Positions 1-11,972 of a stretch of DNA of 64,000 nt are shown one piece after another. The translations under genes were made by a program, and so were the position numbers. The notes beneath the pieces were generated by a model. That model ran no database searches. It was not told the origin of the DNA and saw nothing but the letters and a program-made list of their open reading frames with translations. Location: the NCBI RefSeq assembly GCF_006345805.1, contig NC_043004.1, positions 56,172,001-56,236,000 of the forward strand, written 5' to 3'. How positions within the stretch are numbered: position 1 is the first letter of the stretch; each line of letters starts with the position of its first letter. The DNA comes from Octopus sinensis. Its lineage: Eukaryota.

Positions 1-19
1 ATTACTATAGACATTTAGA

Positions 20-690
20 TGGAATTCTGTAGCTTTTATAAATAATTTTATTTCTATAGATTTTTACAGAATTTGTAATTGGCTTCAGACATACAAATCT
101 TGGCCGACTGGAAATTATTTTAAGAAATATATCATTCAAAAATTTTACTTTAGAGGACAAAAGGTTGTTTTTCAAGACGTATTTCCCAACGCATATCTTA
201 GTACATGACGTAGTGGTTAAGGAACTGGGTTTTACTTTGGTTCCTTTTGGCTTTACATACATCTCAGCAAGTTGCTTTATGAGTAGTTAGAACTGAGTGA
301 AATGATAATAATGGTAATAATATACTAGGAAGTTGTTTATGGTGATGGGAGGCAAAAGAGAAATAGGAGTGAAGTATGTGTTTGTAGGGTGTGGGTTGAT
401 AAAAAGTTATGGTAAGGAAATTAATTTGGTTGGATGCTGGTAGTTTGTTACTGATAAAGTTCAGTAAAGCGTACAAGTCATTGAGTAAATATGTGTCAAA
501 ATCAGATCACGAAATGCTTTGTTGGTTTGTAGAAACTGTTGGCAACACATCATTGGTCAGATTTAGGCAGATTTAAAGTTGCTGTTATTCGATTTCTATT
601 TAGAAATTTTAAACTGGGTCCTTTGATAATGTTTGGAATTAGGAGAGTATAAATATTTATTGGAGTTATCTGGTCTGTTTTTAGCGTAGC
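20..690 (-). pseudogene. Possible highly decayed Penelope-like RT remnant
   Basis: The minus-strand frame reads INFLTITFYQPTPYKHILHSYFSFASHHHK, loosely like the PLE thumb motif I.FLD.T...Y.KPT..H.YL...S.HP.H. Many stops; weak. Confidence 0.25.
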
Positions 691-700
691 AATTTATATC

Positions 701-852
701 TATTTCTTTACTACCCACAAGGGGCTAAACACAGAGAGGACAAACAAGGACAGACAAACGGATTAAGTCGATTATATCGACCCCAGTGCTTAACTGGTAC
801 TTATTTAATCGACCCCGAAAGGATGAAAGGCAAAGTCGACCTCGGCGGAATT
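701..852 (-). mobile_element. tRNA-SINE family Y, 3' half
   Basis: Reverse complement of the body at 1165-1313 (gaggtcgactttgcctttcatcctttcggggtcgataaa...gtagtaaagaaata). Confidence 0.85.
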
Positions 853-1080
853 ATTGTTGACGAAGGCATACACCTAATTCAACAACGTTATCTATACATC
901 CACACGAAAAGGGTGATGCATTTTTCCATGGGTTAAAATCTTCTACAATTTTACAAGGAAATATATATGTATAAACAATATAACAATATAGCAATACGTA
1001 TGTGCCTGTAACCAAATACCTACAAAGAGCCTTGTCCGTTTATATGTGTATATACTAACATATAGATATATACGGATTTG

Positions 1081-1313
1081 AAGGCAGTGAGCTGGCAGAA
1101 ACGTTAGCACGCCGGGCGAAATGCGTAGCCGTATTTCGTCTGCCGTTATGTTTTGAGTTCAAATTCCGCCGAGGTCGACTTTGCCCTTCATTCTTTCTGG
1201 GTCGATAAATAAAGTACCAGTTACGCACTGGGGTCGATGTAATCGACTTAATTTGTTTGTCTGTCCTTGTTTGTCCCCTCTATGTTTAGCCCTTTGTGGG
1301 CAGTAAAGAAATA
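1081..1313 (+). mobile_element. tRNA-SINE family Y, full length
   Basis: A-box-like AGCTGGCAGAA and B-box-like GAGTTCAAATTCC; near-identical copies at 19961-20190 (-) and 38557-38782 (+). Confidence 0.85.
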
Positions 1314-1567
1314 TATATACGTATATGTACATGTGTATACATATAAATATAGCAAACACACACACATATATATATACACTGTGTGTGTACATGCATACAC
1401 ACAAGCAAGCACATATGCACCTATATACGCATACATTTCTACGTATGTACACCCTTCTTTAGAAATCAACAAATATGTATATATAAGTATATGTTTGTGT
1501 CTGTGTGTATATATATATATGTGTGTGTATGTATGTATATAGGTATATATGTTTATATACATACATA

Positions 1568-1598
<31 letters not shown>

Positions 1599-1691
1599 GT
1601 ATGTATACTGCTTTCTTTAAATTAAGGATGGTGAATTCTTTATATTCTCTTTAGCACCTCTTTCTGAGAAGGCGTTTATATTTTTAAAATT

Positions 1692-1923
1692 CTCTTATTC
1701 TTTAACTTGTTTCAGTCATTTGACTGTAGCCATGCTGGAGCTTGGCCTTTAGTCGAGCATATCGACCCCAGGACATATTCTTTGTAAGCCTAGTACTTAG
1801 TCTATCGGTCTCTTTCGTCGAACCGCTAAGTTACGGGTATGTAAATACACTAGCATCAGTTGTCAAGTGATGTTGGAAAGACTAACACGGACACAGACAG
1901 GCAGACAGACACACATACACAGA

Positions 1924-1972
<49 letters not shown>

Positions 1973-2123
1973 GGGTTTCTTTCAGCTTCCGTTTACTAAA
2001 TTCACTCACCAAGCATTGGTCGGCCTGAGACTATAGTAGAAAACACTTGCCCAAGGTGCCGCGCAGTGGGACTGAACTGGGAACCATGTGGTTGGTAACC
2101 AAGCTTCTTACCATGCAGCCACA
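1692..2123 (-). mobile_element. tRNA-SINE family X with internal (TA)n/(CA)n
   Basis: Matches copies at 36625, 56075 and 60578: head TGGCTGTGTGG...GGTTCAGTCCC, tail cagtcaaatgactgaaacaagt. Confidence 0.85.
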
Positions 2124-2508
2124 CATGTGAACAAAATTTTAAAATAATAATAGCAAGACAATATATGTTGACTAGAATAGCAACTTTTACTGACAAAATT
2201 TCGACCCATCCTTCGTTGTATATTCTGTGAACTGTGTGTGTATTTAGAGTTGATCTGGTGATATAACCCTGAGGTGCTGGTGTCTGATGAGCTAACTTTC
2301 TTTATTTGCATTAATTTGTGAATATATATTTAACTGTATTGCAAAATGATTAACATACATGATAATGCAAACATGATTTCACATTTTCTTGCATAATGCA
2401 AATTATAGTACATAATGAGAGTTGCGAATCGGCCGTAATCCTATGGGAAGTACTTGGTTAAATATATATATATATATTCAACACTAACACCTCCTGAGTC
2501 TTTGCTTT

Positions 2509-2512
<4 letters not shown>

Positions 2513-2594
<82 letters not shown>
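2513..2594. repeat. (CT)n microsatellite
   Basis: Direct inspection. Confidence 0.95.
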
Positions 2595-2596
<2 letters not shown>

Positions 2597-3071
2597 ACAC
2601 ACATGCACACGCACGCACACACACATATTTGTCTGTGTAATTGTCTTGGTATCTGCGCAACCCCTGTAATAGTGTGATGTCTTAACATTTTTTTGTCATT
2701 CTACAATTTCTATTAGAATTAACTGTATAAAGGCACGACTTTCTTAAAGAATAAAACAATGTCAAATAAGGATTATTTATGACTATACGAAATTCAGCCT
2801 CTGTTAGAACGCAAATATGTATAGGTATAAAAACCTTGTGCCAAACCTAAATAAATCTAAAATGACGTAAGGAATGTGATTATTTTCTGTTAGTTTTTTT
2901 CATAAGCCTTTCCTTGAGGAAATCACTTGTGGGAACGCTTAAAGCTTCAATTAGCTTAGCTTCTATATGGGCTGTGCGGAAAGGTGTCCGGTATGTCCGA
3001 TTCAAACTGAAGAGGAGTATGTAGCTTTAGCTTGGTCTTGTATCTTTTTGTCATTGTTTTATTTCATTTTA

Positions 3072-3072
3072 G

Positions 3073-3126
<54 letters not shown>

Positions 3127-3137
3127 TAATAATATAA
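3072..3137. repeat. (TAA)n tract, 5' flank of Dong copy 1
   Basis: Direct inspection. Confidence 0.95.
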
Positions 3138-4967
3138 AATGTTTGATAAAAATATAAATCATCTCGTTTACATGGATGATTTAAAGCTTTTTGCAAAAAA
3201 TGATCAACAACTCAAGGGCTTACTAGCGATAGTCAAACAATTCAGTGACGACATCAGAATGCAATTCGGCCTCGATAAATGTGCAAAGGCTACCTTTATC
3301 AAAGGAAAAATGACAGAAACATCTAACGTTAACCTTGACCAACAGAATGTCATAAAAGAACTAGACCCAGCGGAGAGCTACAAGTACCTAGGGGTAATTG
3401 AAGGGAACGGAATAAGGCATTCAGAGATGAAGGAAAGGATCAGGAGAGAATGCTATCGAAGAGTGAGAGCAATACTCAAGACAGAGCTGAATGCAAGAAA
3501 CAGGATCGAAGCAATCAATGCATTAGCTATACCAGTCGTGACTTACAGTTTCAACATTGTTAACTGGTCAATTACTGAAATATGTCAGCTCGACAGAAAA
3601 ATAAGGAAACTGTTGACAATGCATAGAATGCACCACCCTAAGGCAGATACAGAACGACTCTATCTGCCAAGAAAAGAGGGAGGCCGTGGTCTTTTGCAAC
3701 TGGCAATAACAATGAAGATTGCTACAATTGGCCTAGACACCTACCTGAAAAACTCTGAGGACTGGATGTTAAAACTTGTCTCAAAACATGAAAACAAGAA
3801 AGCATCATACTCAGTAACAAAACAGGCAAAGGAATATCTAAGTGAATTCCGAATACAACCAATTTCGGAATTAGAGATAGACATACAAGAAACAAGCACA
3901 GAAAAAGCTAGGCGCATGAAAACCCGTGCCAAAACTGCGGCCTTAGATATTCTGAATAATAAATGGCAAGAAAAACCTCTCTACGGCAAATACCCAAAGA
4001 GAGCGAATAATGCAGATATCGACAAAGCCCTGACCCATCAATGGCTAATGGCCTCTGGCTTAAAATCTGAAACAGAGGGGTTTATCATAGCAGCTCAAGA
4101 TCAATGCCTACCAACAAGAAACTACCAGGCCAACATATTAAAGATCAGAAGCAGTCCAACGTGTCGTGTATGCAAGCAACAAAATGAATCCATTGACCAT
4201 GTGGTCTCCAAGTGCAGTCTTCTAGCGCCTACAGAGTATCTCAACAGGCACGATAGAGCTGCACAATATATTCACTGGGTAATCTGTAAAAACATGGAGT
4301 TGCCCCATGAGAAAAACTGGTGGGAACACAAACCACCCCCAGTGCTTGAAAATGACCACATCTCACTCCTCTGGAACTTCACCATTCAAACTGACAGGAA
4401 GATAGATGCAAATAGGCCAGACATCATATTGAAAGACTTCAAACAAAGAACATGCCTCCTCATTGATATGACTGTCCCAATCGATATAAACGTATCTGTC
4501 AGGACCTACCAAAAACTGAGCAAATATAAAGATCTTGAAATAGAAATCAGCAAAATGTGGAAGCTGAAGACTAAAACAATACCTGTTGTCATAGGTGCCC
4601 TGGGAATGATAGCAAAAGGGGCTGATAGCTACCTAACTCAGATACCAGGAAACCCCAAAATGGCAGAAGTTCAAAAGATAGTGCTCATGGGAACTGCTCA
4701 TATCCTACGCAAAATACTCTCTATGTAACCTCAAGGTTTAAAACAACCATAATTTTCGGTTTAAAAAAAAAAAAAAAAAAATTTTTTTTCTTTTTTTAGA
4801 CATTCATTAGTACAACATCCCCACCCCCCAAATATATGGCACACTAGGCATAACAACAACATGAACTTCCAACCCTGTTGTCTCTTGAGGTCTCTGGGTG
4901 AGACTTGGAGCCAACTTGTACAAATATAAAGCAAAAGTCAAACATAGAATAATAATAATAATAATAA
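3138..4967 (+). mobile_element. R4/Dong-clade non-LTR retrotransposon, 5'-truncated (lineage 1), flanked by (TAA)n on both sides
   Basis: RT-RLE ORF, ~220-bp 3'UTR ending ...gcaaaagtcaaacatag, then (TAA)n 4949-4967; (TAA)n also upstream. Confidence 0.9.
3139..4728 (+). CDS. Partial RT plus CCHC zinc finger plus restriction-like endonuclease (R4/Dong ORF, C-terminal 529 aa)
   Basis: YMDDLKLFAK catalytic motif, YKYLG, RLYLPRKEGGRGL, CRVCKQQNESIDHVVSKC (CCHC), RPDII...LIDMTVP...KLSKY (PD-(D/E)xK). No internal stop. Confidence 0.9.
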   Translation: MFDKNINHLVYMDDLKLFAKNDQQLKGLLAIVKQFSDDIRMQFGLDKCAKATFIKGKMTETSNVNLDQQNVIKELDPAESYKYLGVIEGNGIRHSEMKERIRRECYRRVRAILKTELNARNRIEAINALAIPVVTYSFNIVNWSITEICQLDRKIRKLLTMHRMHHPKADTERLYLPRKEGGRGLLQLAITMKIATIGLDTYLKNSEDWMLKLVSKHENKKASYSVTKQAKEYLSEFRIQPISELEIDIQETSTEKARRMKTRAKTAALDILNNKWQEKPLYGKYPKRANNADIDKALTHQWLMASGLKSETEGFIIAAQDQCLPTRNYQANILKIRSSPTCRVCKQQNESIDHVVSKCSLLAPTEYLNRHDRAAQYIHWVICKNMELPHEKNWWEHKPPPVLENDHISLLWNFTIQTDRKIDANRPDIILKDFKQRTCLLIDMTVPIDINVSVRTYQKLSKYKDLEIEISKMWKLKTKTIPVVIGALGMIAKGADSYLTQIPGNPKMAEVQKIVLMGTAHILRKILSM

Positions 4968-6811
4968 GTAGAAAAAGAAGAATAAACAAATCAAAAATGT
5001 TTTACGTAGGATCAATTTATTTCTAAACATTTCTTGGAAGCAGAGAAGAGGTAAAAAAATAAGTATTTAAGTAGAACAACAATTATCAAGAAGAAAAAAA
5101 AATACTCGTACGAATGAAGATTTCTTGCTCTTAAAATTTTCTGCCTGAAATTCGATTTTATTTTTTGGCTTTATTGCCAATTCCTGATATTTTTGAGCGT
5201 TTTATTCTATTCCACAAGGTATTATGTGTTCTTGGAAATTATATAGGTAATATAATTATAAAGTCTGAATGTATTTATATATGTTCATGATGCTATTATT
5301 GATGTTTTAATATCATTTCTATATGTAATATCTGGTATAGCGTAAAATATTAAAGTATTAACGCTTCTTTTATTAATTTCCCTGCCTCGGTTTTATTTAG
5401 TTTGCTTTCTTCTCTCATCTGTTCCGTTGCTATGAAATAAAATGAAACCATCAATGGAACTTTCACTCCCTCACTCATCTCCCCTCTGTTTATTCTGCAG
5501 GGGAAGGAACACGACGCCACAAAATTCCATTTTCTTATCCCATAAAATATAAGATTCATACGAGATCGATGGTGAATATCATAAAACTACTGGTTGCTGC
5601 TACTAAGTATTTTTCACTTGTAATGCTTTGTGTTCTTGGCAAAGACAAAAAGTTAAAATGTCACGGTATATATGCATGTAAATAGGTCTTACGTGACAGA
5701 AAAAAAAGGAAAAATTGCAAATATGGTTTGAATAATTACAGCAGTGCGCAGTGACAAAGAGCAGGTCTCTTGAAACTTGCAATGGAAGGCACTGGAGAAT
5801 CTATACTTAATTACTTATCGCACGAAGTATAGACTTTTTTCGGCTATACAGAAATATCCAGTTGATTACAGAGTAAACATATATACTAATGGGTTCAGAT
5901 TAATGAGCACATACTTTCGGTTTTGATCCCACTTCCCTGCATCTTGAGCATACTCCTTCTTCTACAATACCAGGCTTACCAATACGTTGCGAGTTGACTT
6001 TATGACAAAACAAGTGGAAATCCTGCGTTTACGTTTGTGTTTGTATGAATATATCAATACGTAACATGTGTCTATTTTCGACAATGTATATAGGTGAATG
6101 ACGTAACCATCAGTGAGAAACCAAAAAGCTTTTGTTTCTAGAACGAATTCTTTCCCGGTGTTTATTCAGCTTGTTTCACGTTACAGAAAATCTGATGTGA
6201 CTCATACTCTTAAAACTCCATTGTTTGTAACCAAAATCGATATTGTCCACCAGTTGTGATAAAATTATTTGGTGTCTGTCTTGACTTCCTTCCGGTTAAA
6301 CAGGGTGTGTGGAGAACATAATGGCAGTTTTTTGCACTCAAAGAGAAGATATAGAGTGCCAAATGCATAGTGCCAGGGAGGCAAATTGTAATTATATTTA
6401 CTGATAGATTTTTTCAACCAATCATTACCAACATTGGCTATATATTCAGTCACGACATACGACATACTTCATATTATGAATAGTAGCTTTTACCGTGTGG
6501 CAAGGATATATTTTTAAGAAGTTCAATCGCTTTCAATATGGTTACTTCGTTTCAGTGAACGATCCCCTCCTTTTTGCACACATAAATTACTACTCTATCG
6601 GTTGTAGCAAAGCTGGTTCTTTCAATCGTGCATTCCCCTTGTTCATCTCTTTTTGTTTACTCAAGGTTTATCCATTCATTTGACTATTTCTTCTTCATTT
6701 CCATAATTTTAAAATTTCTAAAATTATTATTTACTGATATAGTTTATCCTCCTCCCCCTCCTCTTCTTCTTTCTCCTCCTCCTCGTTGTCGTCCTCCTCC
6801 TTCTTCTTCTT

Positions 6812-6821
6812 CATTATTATG

Positions 6822-6872
<51 letters not shown>

Positions 6873-6928
6873 GTTATTATTATTATTATCATTATTATTA
6901 TTATTACTATTATTATTTTTATTATTAC

Positions 6929-7001
<73 letters not shown>
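6812..7001. repeat. (ATT)n, i.e. (TAA)n on the minus strand
   Basis: Direct inspection. Confidence 0.95.
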
Positions 7002-7537
7002 GATGGCGCATGCCATCAAAGTGACACTGGGATAAAAATATACGAAGCCCGATATACATATTATGACTGCCTGTCTCATAAGGGTACACCAAATATATGC
7101 ATGACAAACATGTGCGCATTATGGTGATCTCATTTCAAGATAAACAGCGCATGAATTTGCATATAGGGCCCAGTTAGAGTTTTCATCAGGTTGAAAAGCC
7201 CATCCCGCTCAAAAGATGCTTCAGTAAGGTTAGTTTGAACGAAACACCCACGTTTCCAAATGTGAATTATGCAAACCTCAAAGAATTCCTCTCAGCACGT
7301 GGCGATGATGCTCCCCAACTATTTCTGCACGTGATAAAAGATGCACATATCGTCAGCCACTAAGAGATTGGCTCAACTTGTTATGGTCAAACAACTAACA
7401 AGCAAATCTGTGGTACTGAGCAGAATATTTACTGTAGCCCATCTTTTATACCAAGATAAAAAATATACGATAACACTTCCAATCATTTAAGACCAGAGGC
7501 CATCAAAGCCACTGCCTGGTATTTTATCAGGGCATTT
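7002..7537. mobile_element. ~535-bp non-coding interspersed repeat flanked by (TAA)n on both sides
   Basis: Bounded by ATT tracts at 6812-7001 and 7549-7617. A diverged fragment in opposite orientation lies at ~25270-25400 (agtggctga..atgtgcatct shared). No ORF. Confidence 0.6.
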
Positions 7538-7563
7538 TGTTATTTTCATTATTATTATTATTA

Positions 7564-7617
<54 letters not shown>

Positions 7618-7618
<1 letters not shown>

Positions 7619-9257
7619 TTTATTTTTCTTCTTTCAAATTTGCTTCCATTTCTTGCCGAGTGTCTTCCCGACTCCTAGGGCAAAGAAACTCATAGTATAC
7701 ATTGGTAGGCTATTAAACCAAACTCAATAGTTCGTTCATTTTTTTTTTTTAAGTTATATTAAAATACATGAGCAGCAACAGTTCTCACATCGACAATGCT
7801 CTTCTCAATACGTGTGATGTACCAGTTAAGACAATCTTTTGCACTTCTTGCAGGGGTGGTAAGCCAGGGATCATTCTCATATAATTTTCGCTTCCCTTCT
7901 TGATCATTCCTAGTGTTCCTACGATCACTGGTATTGTAACCGCCTTGAGATGCCACATTTTCTCAATTTCAATGAGTAGGTATTTATATTTTCTGAGCTT
8001 GTCAAACTCTTTCGCTGAGATATTATGATCACAGGGTATGCTCATGTCGATCAATAAGCAAACTTTATTGTTTTGGTCTTTCACAACAATATCTGGTTTA
8101 TTGGCCTTGATGGTTCGGTCTGTATGTACTGGAAAGTCCCACAGAATGGTTACACTTTCTCCTTCAGTTACAGCCTCAGGGTGGTGATTATACCACTTGT
8201 CGGCAGTTTTGATATTGTAATGCCGACTTATTAGCCAGTGTAGATATTGGCCAACTCTGTCATGTCTTAATTTATACTCCACTGGTGCTAAGACTTTACA
8301 TCCAGAGATTAGGTGGTCCACTGTTTCAATCATGTCGTTGCAGAATCGGCATTTTGGGTCTGCTCCATTTTTCATCACATTGGCCTGGTAGTTCCGGGTT
8401 AATAGGCTTTGATCTTGAGCAGCCAGGATGAAACCTTCGCTCTCTGCTTTTAGCCCTGAGCTCCGTAACCACTGATGGGTTTGCTTCTGGTCAACATCAG
8501 CTTGTTTGCTGCGGGCCACATATTTGCCGTGCAGAGGTTTCTCCTCCCACCTATCAGCCAATTGCTCGTGCGCTTTTTTCGTTGCCATTATTTTCACCTT
8601 CTTTGCAACAATAGTTGCCGTACTTCCCTCGGGTTGTTCAGTTTGGGTATCCTGCACGAGATCAATAGCAAATTTTTTGCTTTCCTTTATGATAGAATGA
8701 AGCTTCTTTCGTCTCTCGTGATTTTCCACAAGCTTTAGCATCCAGTCATTCGTTATATCGAGATATTTGGCCAGTCCAATTGTGGTTGTGTTGTAAGCTA
8801 GTTCAAATTGGATCAGGCCTCGACCTCCTTGGGCTCTGGGAAGGTAAAGACGATCTACGTCTGCCTTTGGGTGGTGCATCCTATTACAACTCAGCAGCTT
8901 GCGTATTTTCCTATCTATATTCTTTACTTCACTCATATTCCAGTTCAACACATTGTAGCTATAAGTAACAACTGGAACTGCTAAGGAATTTATAGCTAAC
9001 ACCTTGTTACGTGCATTAAGTTCAGATTTCAGGACTGCACGAACTCTCCTATAACATTCCTTCCTGATCTTCTCTTTCATGCTTGCATGCTGAATACCAG
9101 AGCCTTCATTTATCCCTAAATATGTGTATGTTTGTTCTTGCTCAATCTCTCTTATGACTGTGTCAACATCTAACACGACTGAATTTGTGGTCTTCACTTT
9201 CCCTTTCTAGAAAGTGGCCTTGGCACACTTCTCAAGTCCAAACTCCATCCCGATGTC
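7618..9257 (-). mobile_element. R4/Dong-clade element, 5'-truncated (lineage 2), between (TAA)n tracts
   Basis: The 5' end starts at DIGMEFGLEKCAKATF right after (TAA)n 9258-9359; 3'UTR 7784-7618, then (TAA)n 7617-7549. Confidence 0.9.
7785..9257 (-). pseudogene. Partial RT-CCHC-RLE ORF with one in-frame TAG at 9207-9209
   Basis: DIGMEFGLEKCAKATF*KGKVKTT is in frame with ORF 9197-7785; CRFCNDMIETVDHLISGC; KPDIVVKD...LIDMSIP...KLRKY. Confidence 0.85.
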
Positions 9258-9258
9258 A

Positions 9259-9358
<100 letters not shown>

Positions 9359-9359
9359 C

Positions 9360-9749
9360 ATATATTTGACTTTTGCTTTGTATTTGTGCAAGTTGACTCC
9401 AAGTCTCCCTCATAGACCCCAAGAGACAAGTCAGAAGTTCAAGTTGGTGTTATGCCTAGGACGTCACATATTTGGTTTTGCACATAGTATTGTTGTAGAG
9501 AATGTTTAAGGAAAAAAGAAAATTATGAGTGTGTTTTAAAATTTGACATTACACAGATAGTATTTAACATAGATATGGGCAGTTCCCATGAACACTGTCT
9601 TTTGAATTTCTATGCATTGTCAACAATTTTCGTATTATTCTGCAAAGATTACGTATTTCAATATTTGACCAGTTAATGATATTGAGACTGTAAGTCACGA
9701 CAGGTATGGCTAAACTATTGAGCGCTTCAGTCCTGTTTCTTGCATTCAT
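9360..9749 (-). mobile_element. Dong lineage-1 remnant with ~1-kb internal deletion
   Basis: MNARNRTEALNSLAIPVVTYS...LLTMHR is joined to the ORF C-terminus (gaaattcaaaagacagtgttcatgggaactg); the 3'UTR matches 4850-4948. Confidence 0.85.
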
Positions 9750-10194
9750 ACAGCCATCGAAATGATGGGGTGGGGCAGCATCTTTGTATGAAAAACGTTT
9801 AGTACACGCTTATTCTTTACGCCCCCTCCCTCATCATCCCACTCCGACCAATTTTGGCCAATTTTTTCTTGCACTTCAAAACCATGGAAAGAGTATTTTC
9901 GGTAATTGTTTTATTAAATTGTTAATATTTTCAGAGGAAAAAGTGTGTGATTTAAGGGCGATTTGGCAGTTGTTTCTAGCATATCCAAAGACAACCTACC
10001 TTGTTTCTTTATCACTCTCACATGTATTGATGTTTTTCAAGATTTTTTCTCCATTTATATGCTATAAAAAGAAAATTTGAGAAATTATGAATTTTTGCAA
10101 TCTCACTCCCTGCCCTCAGTTGTTTCTGTTCAGAAATTAAAATATTGGAGAGCCTGAGAAGGTCGTTGCTGGCATTTATCCACAGTAATTTAAA

Positions 10195-10620
10195 AAAATT
10201 ATGGAGATGTACTTACATAGCAAGTGACTTGATCTGGGAGCGTGTACTGAAACAAGAACAATTGCAGCGTAGATGGTTTGTAAACCATTCAGGAATACAC
10301 AGAAACCATTACTTTCACGGTTACTACTTAAATACAGAGGTCCTGATGCATCTACGTAACAATATGAAGGGGAGGGTTAGTTTTAGGGTTAGCTAGTGTT
10401 AGGGTGTCATTACACAACCACACAGCGTACATTTAAAATCTTTTGTACGTAAGACCTGTATTTAAGAAGTACCCTCGTATTTTAGTAGTACCGCTAAGGG
10501 ACCTCTGTATTTAAGTAGTATCAGTTTCACTTTAACGTTAAAATTTCATTTGTGTCAAAATATTTTCTTCGCTTTGAAACCGCGACCTTTTTACTGACAA
10601 AACTTCGCAAAATTAATGAA
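10195..10620 (+). mobile_element. Unclassified interspersed repeat (ggagatgtactt.catagcaagtgac...), interrupted by a MITE
   Basis: Both halves match the uninterrupted copy at 17962-18175. Confidence 0.7.
10319..10524. mobile_element. MITE with perfect 22-bp TIRs and internal TTAGGG-like repeats
   Basis: tactacttaaatacagaggtcc (10322-10343) / ggacctctgtatttaagtagta (10499-10520); TTTCAC duplicated at 10313-10318 and 10525-10530. Confidence 0.75.
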
Positions 10621-11093
10621 ACTTTGCAAATGAGAATGGAATACTCAGCAGTGAATGCAATGAATGTTTAAATTTGTGAATTGAACGCAGTGAATGGCAA
10701 TGAATATTTAAATTTGCGAGAAATTGGAGTTTAAAAACACTCAAGAAACTTGAGAGATCGAAATTATAAGAGATTTATTAGAACATGAATTTAGGAAAAT
10801 ATTTCCAGACGGTCAACCATTAATAATTGCTTTCTTTTAGTACTTTTAATAATTCTTAGATGCCTAATAAATAAGTAGCTTTTTCCACTATAGTATAGAT
10901 TTTTATTATTGTTGTTGTTGTCACTATTATTATCATCGTCGTTTTCCTCATCATCATCGTTATCATCTTCATCCTTTGCTTATCATCATTTCTATTGTAA
11001 ATACTATTGCCAGTTTTGTCCTCTTCATCACGTCGTTGTCGTTTTTGGGTCTATAAAATAAGTAATCTCGTTAAATGTATGTATATATATGTG

Positions 11094-11178
<85 letters not shown>

Positions 11179-11238
11179 ATATAAATATATATATATGTAT
11201 ATATATAAATCAAAATAAAACATGACTCAAAGGATTTA

Positions 11239-11315
11239 GCGGTATATATGTTTCGGGCCTTTATTAGACGGTTTTATAACAATGCATAATTGTGTCTATG
11301 GCCTTCTTCAGCCGC
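11239..11315 (-). ncRNA. Second hammerhead copy on the opposite strand (G16.2>A mutated)
   Basis: Minus strand: GCGG-CUGAAGA-AGGCC...GGCCC-GAAA-CAUAUAUA-CCGC. Stems I and II are intact; one stem III pair is broken. Confidence 0.5.
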
Positions 11316-11497
11316 GTACAATTACTACTTCAAAGACATGTATTACATTATAAGTTTTACGTTAGGGATGAGTCAAAAGCGGGATGGACGCTTCGATTTC
11401 GTGTTGGTGCCCCAATCTGTCGTACGCGACTATGAGGATTTGCATCCCCAACGTAAAACTTATAATATAATATATGTCCTTGAAGTAGTAATTGTAC

Positions 11498-11585
11498 GCG
11501 GCTGAAGAAGGCCATAGACACACATTTACATCAATTATGCATTGTTATAAAACCGTCTAATAAAAGCCCGAAACATATGTACTGC
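11498..11585 (+). ncRNA. Candidate type I minimal hammerhead ribozyme (Penelope-type)
   Basis: Stem I GCGG/CUGC, core CUGAAGA (11502-11508), stem II AGGCC..AGCCC extended by UAGAC/GUCUA, GAAA (11570-11573), palindromic stem III ACAUAUGU, cleavage triplet GUA. Confidence 0.6.
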
Positions 11586-11690
11586 TAAATCCTTCGAATC
11601 ATGTTTTTATTTTGATTAATATACTCTATCACCTACACCACTAAATGGTATATACAGGTGCTTACAACTATCAAGTATTCACCCTGAATT

Positions 11691-11879
<189 letters not shown>

Positions 11880-11972
11880 ATATATATATATGTATATAAT
11901 TATATTGGGGAGTAAATCCAAACTTCATGGAAAAATTAGATTTAGGATTATTAAATCTAATTTACAATATAA

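Larger units (their letters stand above)
11203..11623. repeat. Long inverted repeat (~170-180-bp arms, 72-bp spacer) carrying hammerhead motifs
   Basis: Arm 11203-11370 is the reverse complement of 11443-11623, with a few substitutions and an 11-bp indel. Confidence 0.9.

Noticed and set aside
2187-2220. Hammerhead-like ACAACGA-AGGA..TC-GAAA-TTTT-GTC-AGT on the minus strand
   Set aside because: Core and stem II are too degenerate to support.
5915-5997. Minus-strand candidate exon VNSQRIGKPGIVEEGVCSRCREVGSKPK
   Set aside because: Weak AAG acceptor, no homology; chance-level in 64 kb.
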